Part shown: in pieces, positions 56,343 through 64,000 of the stretch | Position numbering within the stretch: the first letter of the stretch is position 1 | Layout: each line of letters starts with the position of its first letter | Virus record (IMG/VR): IMGVR_UViG_3300027985_000918 | Location: 124,001-188,000 of that record | Reading direction: 5' to 3' (one strand) | Length of the DNA: 64,000 bases | Notes under the pieces: generated by a model | Seen by the model: the letters and a program-made list of their open reading frames with translations, nothing else | The model's database searches: none | Told to the model about the DNA's origin: nothing | Made by a program: the position numbers and the translations under genes

Positions 56343-56771
56343 TCAGCCCCTAGCGGCCAAAATGGCGTCGATGACGGCCTGCTTGTTCGCCAGCTTGTCA
56401 GGGCGCTCGATGCCCTCATCCATCGCCATCTCGTTCAGATCCCGACGGGACATGTCCAGGGTCGGGACCCCGTCTTCAACGGTCGGAATGGGGAGGGGCG
56501 CAGGCACCGGCTCTTCCTCGACCACCGGCTCTTCCTCGACCACCGGCTCTTCCTCGACCACCGGCTCTTTCTCGAAGATGGGATCAGGGTCCACATTATC
56601 CAGGGGATACGGGCTTTCCTCCACCTCAGGCATCGCCTTCAGAGCTTCTGCGACATTGGCCGGCTCCGCCGGACCTTCGGCGGTGTGGTAGTGGGTCCCC
56701 CGAAAGGTGGGGTGGTCCCTCTTGATCTTCCGCATTCGGGCAAACGGGGGCATGTAGGGGTTGTTACTCAT
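56343..56771 (-). CDS. Hypothetical protein with EEEPVV repeats and a C-terminal Rho_N-like motif
   Basis: AAGGAG RBS; repeats; MSRRDLNEMAMDEGI...KQAVIDAI. Confidence 0.65.
   Translation of the reverse strand: MSNNPYMPPFARMRKIKRDHPTFRGTHYHTAEGPAEPANVAEALKAMPEVEESPYPLDNVDPDPIFEKEPVVEEEPVVEEEPVVEEEPVPAPLPIPTVEDGVPTLDMSRRDLNEMAMDEGIERPDKLANKQAVIDAILAARG
56506..56575. repeat. 18-bp tandem repeat (3 full copies plus a partial)
   Basis: ACCGGCTCTTCCTCGACC at 56506, 56524, 56542; encodes VVEEEP. Confidence 0.9.
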
Positions 56772-56787
56772 TGTTTCAGTTCTCCTT

Positions 56788-57168
56788 TCAGGAAAGCAAG
56801 CCCTTGATGAATCCACCAAGGACATCTCCAAGGACGTGGCCGACCTTCGTCATGAAATCCTTGGCTGCCGACTTCCGGCCGGCTTCAGCGTTCTGGAAGT
56901 GGGCCAGGATATCCGACCCTGTCGCCAGGTCTGCCCACTCGGGGACTTCGTCCCCTCCGTCTAGCAAGTTAGTGATAGCCTCCACGGCCATATGGAGGCC
57001 CTGCAAGCCGTAGGCGGCCACCCCCTCAGAGAGGAGAGAGAGGATTGCTTTCTGCCAAGACTCAGAGGATTCCGCTCCAATGCCTACCAGCTCACCCTCC
57101 AATTTCTTGACACCCCACTCCCCCAGAACGGGAAGCAGGCTCTCCAGCATCTTGCCGAAGTCCATCAT
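56788..57168 (-). CDS. Hypothetical protein
   Basis: GGAGG RBS; coupled. Confidence 0.6.
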   Translation of the reverse strand: MMDFGKMLESLLPVLGEWGVKKLEGELVGIGAESSESWQKAILSLLSEGVAAYGLQGLHMAVEAITNLLDGGDEVPEWADLATGSDILAHFQNAEAGRKSAAKDFMTKVGHVLGDVLGGFIKGLLS

Positions 57169-57518
57169 CGACCTCCCGGGCACAACGTCTCTGCGACAGG
57201 AATCTCTGGGGGTGTCTCAGAGGGGCGTTCGGCCACCATCCCCGCATTGAAGAGGGCCATGGCAGTGTGCCACGGGGCCCTCGTCTTGGCGGTGAGGGCC
57301 GTTTTGGCGGCCTTCTCACACTGGGGGTCGTCAAACTTCCTCTCAGTGCATGTGCAGTGCTGAGGAAGGGACCACTCCAGATAGCGGGCCTGCTCCACCG
57401 CTGCCTGAGTGTACCATGTCATCTCTGCCCTGTAGACATTAGCCTCACGGACGATGGTGGGGGTACAGCCATTCAAGGTCAGGAGGACGAGAAGAAAAAC
57501 AGCCAAGCCTCGGATCAC
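57165..57518 (-). CDS. Lipoprotein
   Basis: MIRGLAVFLLVLLTLNG-C lipobox. Confidence 0.7.
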   Translation of the reverse strand: MIRGLAVFLLVLLTLNGCTPTIVREANVYRAEMTWYTQAAVEQARYLEWSLPQHCTCTERKFDDPQCEKAAKTALTAKTRAPWHTAMALFNAGMVAERPSETPPEIPVAETLCPGGR

Positions 57519-57886
57519 TGGTCACCTCTCTCTGGGGACTGCACCGGCGCTTCCGCCTTGGATTCCGTCTTCCGCAGCTCCGCCCCCTTGGGGATCACGA
57601 TACCCTGACCAGCATCGGCGGCGATCCTAGCGAGCCCCAGATACTTGTCGAGGCTGGCCTGCCCGATGATGTAGCCTGCCTCGACGAACCCTACGATGGT
57701 GGTAGCGAACAGGACGATGGATCCGAGCATCAAGTCGATGTCTCCGTCCTTCATCCCCATGATCACCACGATGGAGATGATGATCTTCCATGTGCTCTCG
57801 GCCACCAGGAAGGCGATGAACTTGCGACTCTGCAACGGAGTCTTAACAACTTCGCTCTTGACCTCGACCTCCTCATCGAGTCCCAT
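57515..57886 (-). CDS. Holin-like membrane protein
   Basis: SRKF followed by two to three TM segments and a charged C-terminus. Confidence 0.5.
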   Translation of the reverse strand: MGLDEEVEVKSEVVKTPLQSRKFIAFLVAESTWKIIISIVVIMGMKDGDIDLMLGSIVLFATTIVGFVEAGYIIGQASLDKYLGLARIAADAGQGIVIPKGAELRKTESKAEAPVQSPERGDQ

Positions 57887-58200
57887 TAGTTGCCTCCAAT
57901 TCGGGTCCCACCTCGGGGACCTGTGGTGTGAATACCTGCCCTATTCCAGTTGTTCTGGATGCGGTCCGAGTACACTTTGCCATCCGTTGTGGCAGAAGCT
58001 GTCAGGGCGAACTTATACAGGGGAGATACCCTCTCCTGATCCTCGGCGGATAGGTTTGGGTAGAGACGGAGGTAGGAATCCCGAGCCGCTCGGATGCGGG
58101 TTAGGAAGTCCTGAATGTAGTCGTTGGGGAGAAGAGGTCGCCCTGCTTCATCACTCTCCAGCAGGTTCTGACCTACCTCATCAATCCACCACTCTCCCAT
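57886..58200 (-). CDS. Hypothetical protein
   Basis: TAATG coupling. Confidence 0.6.
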   Translation of the reverse strand: MGEWWIDEVGQNLLESDEAGRPLLPNDYIQDFLTRIRAARDSYLRLYPNLSAEDQERVSPLYKFALTASATTDGKVYSDRIQNNWNRAGIHTTGPRGGTRIGGN

Positions 58201-58255
58201 CCTGATCCTCCGGGCAAAGTCTTCACCTCTGCCCGGTTATAGGAGGGAAAACGGC

Positions 58256-59044
58256 TCAGTCGTCGGAGATCAGGGACAAAATGTCAAGCTCAGAGTCGTC
58301 CTCCGGTTCAGAGGGGGCTTTCACCTCAGCAAGGTCCACCTCTGTTTTCGCCTTGGCGGCAAGAGCAGCCATCCCCCCCATCCCCCCCTTCATTCGGAGA
58401 ACTGGGGACTTCGGTTTGGAGACCTCGAATTCCACAACAGTGGCCTTGCCGAGGGCGGGGGACAGCTTGACCCTCTTGGGCTTCTCCTCCTCCGGTTGAT
58501 AGGGCTGAAGCTCTCCCACTTCAGGGATGACAGCCACACCATTCAGCTCTGCCGGCTCTCCGAGCTTGGCCACATTCAGGAGGGAGGGCTGAGCCTTCGC
58601 CTGGTGGATGGCCTCCATGAGAGCCGTCTTGCTACGGCCGAAAGAGGCCGGGTCAATCCCTAGGTCTTGGGCCTCCAGACGAAGCTGGTCAAGCGGGGGG
58701 AGGTTCGAGCGCCAAGACCGCCTGGCGGTGGCAGATGGGGGGTTGGGGACCGGAGAAGGACTAGACCCCTGATACGTGACCACCAGGTCAATGTTCCCCT
58801 GGTCGCTCACGTCGATGGATGGGGTCCCCCGCCGATTCAACCTGGACATGGCAGCTACGGCCACCACTGCCGACAGTGGGTTCTGGTCGATGGCCGAGCG
58901 GGCTTCTTGCTGCGCTTCCAGCAGTTCCTTCCGGGCTGCCATCAAGCGGTCGTACACCGAACCCTCGAACGCTCCTGACTGGGTGGAAAGCAATGACTGT
59001 GCCCAGCTATCATCCAGAGGTTCCCGGTGCTTTTTTCCGATCAT
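58256..59044 (-). CDS. Hypothetical protein
   Basis: 262 aa open frame. Confidence 0.6.
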   Translation of the reverse strand: MIGKKHREPLDDSWAQSLLSTQSGAFEGSVYDRLMAARKELLEAQQEARSAIDQNPLSAVVAVAAMSRLNRRGTPSIDVSDQGNIDLVVTYQGSSPSPVPNPPSATARRSWRSNLPPLDQLRLEAQDLGIDPASFGRSKTALMEAIHQAKAQPSLLNVAKLGEPAELNGVAVIPEVGELQPYQPEEEKPKRVKLSPALGKATVVEFEVSKPKSPVLRMKGGMGGMAALAAKAKTEVDLAEVKAPSEPEDDSELDILSLISDD

Positions 59045-59179
59045 CGGCTTGGTCCCTTAAGCTCGAAAGTTTCCGTCTTGGCTCTCAGCCTCTACCCTAC
59101 CAGCCGAGCCGCAGCACCCCCTGGGCCAGCTCGAAACTTTGCACCCCCGAAACTTCGGGGTCAAATGTGAAACTTTCCA

Positions 59180-59205
59180 GGTAACCCCAGGCTCCAGGAA
59201 AGTAG
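59180..59205 (+). promoter_or_regulatory. Phage promoter motif
   Basis: GGTAAC-N14-AAGTAG. Confidence 0.75.
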
Positions 59206-59228
59206 GTGGGCGAACAACGGAGGACCCC

Positions 59229-59621
59229 ATGCTGAGCAGAACCGAAATCGAAGCCCTCATGACCGAGAAGTCCATCCTGGCCGAGAAGGCCCAGCTCTCC
59301 AATGTGGATCTCGACCGCTTGGGCGAAATCCATCTGGTGCTGGACTCCCTCCCCGAGCTGACGATGGACATGCTTGGTCTTCTGAACCAAGACCTCTGCG
59401 ACGTGGAGGTTGATGTGGAGGAGGACGACGACGAGTTCACCGAAGCGGAGCCGAAGATCTCGGTCCAGGTGACAGACGGCGTGCTCACCTCGGTCTGGAT
59501 GGGCTACGCCGATGCCCCCCCGTGGGTCCAGGACATGGTGGACCGCCAATTCGAGGCGGAGTATGAGGTCACCGCCGAGGCCCGCTCCGAGCGCCAGCAG
59601 CTCTACGGGGGGCACTACTAG
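59229..59621 (+). CDS. Acidic hypothetical protein
   Basis: Promoter motif plus conserved leader; TAG-TAA double stop. Confidence 0.7.
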   Translation: MLSRTEIEALMTEKSILAEKAQLSNVDLDRLGEIHLVLDSLPELTMDMLGLLNQDLCDVEVDVEEDDDEFTEAEPKISVQVTDGVLTSVWMGYADAPPWVQDMVDRQFEAEYEVTAEARSERQQLYGGHY

Positions 59622-59691
59622 TAACGTCTGCCAAATCGAGGGGGGGGGGTCACCCCCAGCAATGGCGGGCCACCCTCAAAAAGGTGCTGAG

Positions 59692-60591
59692 ATGACTCGA
59701 TTCGTCTCTGTCCGAGTTCCCGCTTCAGGTACCCCCACTCTGCTCGACCTAGATGTTCCCGAAGACATCTTCGTGTCCCCGGGAGACCTAACGGGGACCT
59801 TCGGTGTTCCTGCGGATACGAGCTGTTCATGGGATCCCGATTCTGCGGAGGATGTGGGACCCCAACCAGCTCGGAGGTCATCCGGGTATCTAAAAGGTCA
59901 CCTCGACACTTCGGAGGACCTCTTGAAGAAATCCCTACTTGATGAAAAGCTCCTTGCCTTCTGCGACCTGGAGACCACTGGACTGCACCCCGACATCAAC
60001 GAGATCATCTCGATCGCCGGGCAGAAGTACACCCGTGCAGGTGAGCTGGTTGAGGAGATCGAGTTCAAAATCCAGTTCAACCACATCACCGAACCTCCCC
60101 CCTATGCGGGAGCCGTCTGGCCTGGCCCGAAACCTTTCTCCGTCGAGGACTGGAAGGAGGGTGTGGACTTCGCCCTCAAGCTGAACGGCTACCGGGAAGA
60201 GGACTGGGAGAACGCCATCCCCCTTCGGGAAGCCATCAAGCGGATCATGACGTTCCTGAATGGCTGCGTGATTGTGGGGCACAACCCACACTTCGACCGG
60301 GAGTTCATCGCCACGAAGGCCAAGCGCCTCGGGTTCAAGGACAAGCTCCCTTACCACAAGATCGACACCGTCACCCTGGCCTACGAGCACCTGGCCCCCC
60401 TCGGTTTGGGGTACCTGTCCCTGTCGAGACCGGGAGGGGTCTGCGACTTCTTGGGCATCCCCATCACCCAGGCTCATGAGGCCCTAGACGACGTGAGGCG
60501 GACCGCTCAGGCGTTCTTCAAGATGGACCGGGCAACATGGGCCCAGCGGCTCTGGTGGGCACTCCGGTGGAACATGAAGCACCGCCAGTAG
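59692..60591 (+). CDS. DEDDh 3'-5' exonuclease (DnaQ/Pol III epsilon-like)
   Basis: CDLETTG, VGHNPHFD, IDT, AHEALDD. Confidence 0.9.
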   Translation: MTRFVSVRVPASGTPTLLDLDVPEDIFVSPGDLTGTFGVPADTSCSWDPDSAEDVGPQPARRSSGYLKGHLDTSEDLLKKSLLDEKLLAFCDLETTGLHPDINEIISIAGQKYTRAGELVEEIEFKIQFNHITEPPPYAGAVWPGPKPFSVEDWKEGVDFALKLNGYREEDWENAIPLREAIKRIMTFLNGCVIVGHNPHFDREFIATKAKRLGFKDKLPYHKIDTVTLAYEHLAPLGLGYLSLSRPGGVCDFLGIPITQAHEALDDVRRTAQAFFKMDRATWAQRLWWALRWNMKHRQ

Positions 60592-60611
60592 ATGCCAAAA
60601 AGAACAAACTC

Positions 60612-62030
60612 ATGACTGATCTGCTTCCATACACCACTATTTCCGCTGTTGTCTCCAACCGGAATGCCGCCGTCTCCAAAGCCCGAGAGGCTGCTGATAT
60701 GATTGCAGCAGGACTCCTATTGGCAGAGGAGGCTCAAACCCTGGCCCAACAAGCTCACGGGGCGACTACGTTCACACTGGCCGATCATTCCCGCCGAGAG
60801 GCTTACCAGAAGCTATTCCAGTCTTTCGACGCTGACCAATCTGTGGAGTGTTTCCGCCAGCAGACCGACGCCCGCACATGGATGAACCTTATCACCCTAA
60901 CGGGTATGAACGCCCTCATGGACAAAACCGCCAAAGATGAACTCTATGCGGGGCTGTGCGGGGCTGTCCCCGAAATCACCGAGGACAACATCGAGGCCAC
61001 GTTTTTGCACCTAGTGGGAGACGCCAAACTCATCTTCCAACGGGGGCTGGCACGAGCCTTCAGCGGCCTGGACCGCCGGTTCAAGAGCCACGGCGCCTTC
61101 AAGTTGGGATCCCGGATCATCCTAACCAACGTCTTCGACGACTGGGGAGGGTGGAACTACCACACCCGCATGGAAGACACCATGGCCGACATCGAACGGG
61201 TGTTCGCCGTGCTGGACGGCAACAAGATTCCGGACCCGGGAGCCCTCACCCGAGCCATCCGGAAAGACCGCCAGGGTGGCTGGTACCCCCGACAGTCCGT
61301 TACGGAGACCCCTTACTTCCGAGTGATGTGCTACAAGAACGGCAATGCCCACTTGTGGTTCCAGCGGGACGACCTGGTCGAGAAAGCCAATCAGGTCCTG
61401 GCGGAATACTATGGCGAGGTGCTTCCTGACGGCGTACCCGACGACATGCCGGTCTCTGATATCAAGACCAAGTCGGGTGCCTTGTGCAAAGACCTGGCGT
61501 TCTACCCGACCCCTGACGCTGTCGTGAACACCATCCTTAGCCAGAGCGGCGTTTTCCTGACCGATGACTCTGTAATCCTGGAGCCTTCGGCAGGTACGGG
61601 GAACCTCGTGCGGGGCGTCCTGTCCAAGAACATACGTCGAGTGGATGCTGTCGAAATTCATCCGGACCGTGTGCGGGCTCTGAAGGCCATTGATGACCCA
61701 CGGCTAAACGTCTTGGAGGCGAATTTCCTGCGGATGGGGGCCCGCCAGGATTACACCCACGTCTTCATGAACCCTCCCTTCTACGGCACCCACTGGATGG
61801 AGCACGTCACCCACGCTTTTGATTTCCTGGTTCCCGGGGGAACCCTCGTTGCTATTCTCCCCATCTCTGCCGAATTGGGGACATCAACGAAACACCAGAC
61901 GTTTCGTAAGTGGGCGGCCGCCCATACTGGATGGGATGACCTTCGATTCACAGATCTCCCTGCCGAATCGTTCAAGGATTCCGGCACCCGAGTCAACACC
62001 GTGTTCTTGGTTCTCCACAAAAAAAGGTAA
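60612..62030 (+). CDS. DUF4942-like domain plus N6-adenine DNA methyltransferase
   Basis: FYPTP, ILEPSAGTG, NPPF; N-terminal YKNGNAHL. Confidence 0.85.
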   Translation: MTDLLPYTTISAVVSNRNAAVSKAREAADMIAAGLLLAEEAQTLAQQAHGATTFTLADHSRREAYQKLFQSFDADQSVECFRQQTDARTWMNLITLTGMNALMDKTAKDELYAGLCGAVPEITEDNIEATFLHLVGDAKLIFQRGLARAFSGLDRRFKSHGAFKLGSRIILTNVFDDWGGWNYHTRMEDTMADIERVFAVLDGNKIPDPGALTRAIRKDRQGGWYPRQSVTETPYFRVMCYKNGNAHLWFQRDDLVEKANQVLAEYYGEVLPDGVPDDMPVSDIKTKSGALCKDLAFYPTPDAVVNTILSQSGVFLTDDSVILEPSAGTGNLVRGVLSKNIRRVDAVEIHPDRVRALKAIDDPRLNVLEANFLRMGARQDYTHVFMNPPFYGTHWMEHVTHAFDFLVPGGTLVAILPISAELGTSTKHQTFRKWAAAHTGWDDLRFTDLPAESFKDSGTRVNTVFLVLHKKR

Positions 62031-62051
62031 TCCCAACGCATATGTAAGTAG
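62026..62051 (+). promoter_or_regulatory. Phage promoter motif (variant)
   Basis: GGTAAT-N14-AAGTAG. Confidence 0.65.
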
Positions 62052-62075
62052 TGCTGGGATGGTAAGGAGAACGCC

Positions 62076-62330
62076 ATGAGAGAGAAAACGCAGTTAGTCG
62101 CCACCATCCTGATTTTTTTGGCTCTATGTGTGGCTTGGTTCTTCTTCTACGTGAAGCCGGCTGAGGATCATCGCAATAAGGTGTGGAGCTGCATGGCCGA
62201 ATTGCCGAACATGCCTCGTTTCGAGGCATACAAGGCCTGCCACAATGACAATATCGGTCAGGCCGGTCTCCTCATTGGTTTTTTCGACCCACCCATCCCC
62301 GTCGGCTACCACCCGCCCCGTCGTCGTTAG
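62076..62330 (+). CDS. Small membrane-anchored protein
   Basis: AAGGAG RBS, N-terminal TM helix, promoter motif. Confidence 0.65.
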   Translation: MREKTQLVATILIFLALCVAWFFFYVKPAEDHRNKVWSCMAELPNMPRFEAYKACHNDNIGQAGLLIGFFDPPIPVGYHPPRRR

Positions 62331-64000
62331 ACCCCGTCGATGTACGCCAGGTAGATGGCGGAGATATCCACCACCACGGCATCCCCACCATATGTGTCCG
62401 CCCCCGCCCCCGCCGCCCTTTTGACCGTGATATAGAGAATGTCCCCATGCCCACCGGCTCGGCGAGCCCTCGCCTGAGAGATCTTCAGGACGAACTCACT
62501 ATCCACCTCTTGCCGGGCAACCCCCGGGGTTGCGGTCACCACGGGAAGACTCTGCTCATTCGGATGGGGGATTCCTGGGTTAGCGAAACCCAGTACCTCT
62601 CCGCTTGCCACGAAAGTCCAGTATACGGTCCACTCAACGTTGCCTACAGTGGCGTCGGAAGGACACCATTTCCACGAAATTCTGATAGGGGTGGAAGTGT
62701 CCGTATTCTCGGGAAGAGTGCCTGACCGAGTCACCCGGGAGTCGAACCCTGCTCGGAAGTTGTTCTCAACCGTAGGTGCGGCGATATTCATAGAGACCCA
62801 GATGTTCTGGTCAGTCGGAGCGGTGCCGAACCCTACCACCTTCCCGAACTCCCCCAGTGCCCAAGGCAGCGATTCCTCCACCCGAGCCAGCCCATCCATC
62901 TCTCGAAGGCCGTTCTCGTCAAACCGAGTCCTGGTGGGGACCATCTTGATGAGGTCTACGATGGGAGATGTGGCGATGGGAGCAGTGATGCGGAACCGCA
63001 CCCAGTACAGGTCTACCCCCAGAGCCATCGGGTCATTAGCCACCCAGAGAGGTGGCATGTTTCTGTCGAACCTCAGGTGTTCCCCTCCGTTGAGGTTCTG
63101 CCACAGATCCATCGCCTGGGGGATAAACGGTGACTCTTCCTCGGTCACCATGAACGTAAAGGCCGTCCAGGCTCCGCCGTCCCAATATTCTGCCTCCACC
63201 GTCCCGCCCCCCAGGGCCATCACCTGAGAGATAGGGGAGAATTCCAGGCCGTAGAAAGGAAACCCACCGTCAAGCTGCCATCCCACGTAGAGGGACGTGT
63301 CGACATTCGTGTTGGGAAACACGGTGACTGGGGAACCCTCAGTTACCGCAGCCACCGACACGTCTGCGAATGCCGTCCCATCCCAGGTGAATGCTCGAAC
63401 TCCAAGGGTTGTCACGTCCCCTTGGCCCGTGACCAGCTCTCGGCCGATGCCAGGGGTACCAACATGTAGGGCCGACCAGACGGTGAGGGACGGGTCGATT
63501 CCCGCTCCGGAGCGGTCGCCATATCCCGTAATCTTGGAGTAATCCTCGGCCCTTACCCTCTCGGCATCCAAGGTAACCCCGTGCAGAACAATATATCCGT
63601 TGATGTCCTCCTGCAGTACATCGAGGGCTGCTGAAACGGTATGTATCCGACTTACACCATTAGCTACGATAACCCCTCCTCCAACCCCCGTGTGCATCAC
63701 TGCCGTCGTTGCCCCCAACACAAATGCACCTTCCCCCCTAATCTCACCCCCGTTTTCGACATACAACGCCGAAGCACACCCTTCCATAGAAGTAGACGAA
63801 AATGCAGAGAAAGCTCCCGCCCCAATAGACTCAAGAGGGTGAATCACCGCACGGTTTACCAGGCCGTGGTTTATGACGGTAGACGCTGGTTGTGCCCGTA
63901 GGCCGTAGGAAATGCCGTCGTTAATCAACCCGTGGCGGACGTACAAGATCGAGCCGTCTTTCGCCGTAGCAGCACCAAACCCCCCCAAAAACACCACACT
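62327..64000 (-). CDS. Probable virion structural protein (5' partial)
   Basis: Frame stays open to the window end; Gly/Ala/Thr beta-rich composition. Confidence 0.55.
   Translation of the reverse strand, partial: SVVFLGGFGAATAKDGSILYVRHGLINDGISYGLRAQPASTVINHGLVNRAVIHPLESIGAGAFSAFSSTSMEGCASALYVENGGEIRGEGAFVLGATTAVMHTGVGGGVIVANGVSRIHTVSAALDVLQEDINGYIVLHGVTLDAERVRAEDYSKITGYGDRSGAGIDPSLTVWSALHVGTPGIGRELVTGQGDVTTLGVRAFTWDGTAFADVSVAAVTEGSPVTVFPNTNVDTSLYVGWQLDGGFPFYGLEFSPISQVMALGGGTVEAEYWDGGAWTAFTFMVTEEESPFIPQAMDLWQNLNGGEHLRFDRNMPPLWVANDPMALGVDLYWVRFRITAPIATSPIVDLIKMVPTRTRFDENGLREMDGLARVEESLPWALGEFGKVVGFGTAPTDQNIWVSMNIAAPTVENNFRAGFDSRVTRSGTLPENTDTSTPIRISWKWCPSDATVGNVEWTVYWTFVASGEVLGFANPGIPHPNEQSLPVVTATPGVARQEVDSEFVLKISQARARRAGGHGDILYITVKRAAGAGADTYGGDAVVVDISAIYLAYIDGV

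Noticed and set aside
56506-56575. CRISPR-like or iteron reading of the 18-bp and 36-bp repeats
   Set aside because: No spacers; the repeats are in-frame coding low-complexity segments. No CRISPR array, integrase, transposase or reverse transcriptase was found in the window
1-64000. Wholesale TAG recoding (genetic code 15) in this window
   Set aside because: Known enzymes are full length under code 11; TAG ends genes at convergent overlaps and is backed by TAA/TGA within two codons at 3019, 37161 and 59621

Overview
A gene-dense, GC-rich segment, mostly coded on the minus strand, that is best read as part of a large (jumbo) bacteriophage genome. It has no ribosomal or core cellular operons. 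It encodes nucleotide and repair enzymes (PNK-like kinase, RNase H, NAD-dependent ligase, DenV-like glycosylase, family-4 UDG, Tmk, Tdk, dNK, MazG, DnaQ exonuclease, adenine MTase), lytic enzymes, probable virion proteins and many small orphans. Notable features read from the sequence: (1) a tRNA with anticodon CUA (amber suppressor) that has its own promoter, while TAG is still used as a stop, and four TAG stops that sit in frame with the next gene, one joining a lipoprotein transglycosylase to an amidase; (2) 26 copies of a bipartite ECF-sigma-like promoter, GGTAAC-N14/15-RRGTAG, in sense orientation upstream of genes; (3) a PARP1-like WGR-regulatory-catalytic ADP-ribosyltransferase plus an ADP-ribosylglycohydrolase and PncC; (4) a CYTH gene coupled to an Apyc1-like MBL phosphodiesterase; (5) a REC/PAS-HK/Rcp1-like two-component operon, a TPM-PspA pair, a Ser/Thr kinase-vWA-ARH operon, a CoaD-CoaE fusion and a degenerate glutamine synthetase II. 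All family calls come from motif recognition by eye; no searches were run. Many starts were moved from the ORF track to the RBS-supported codon.
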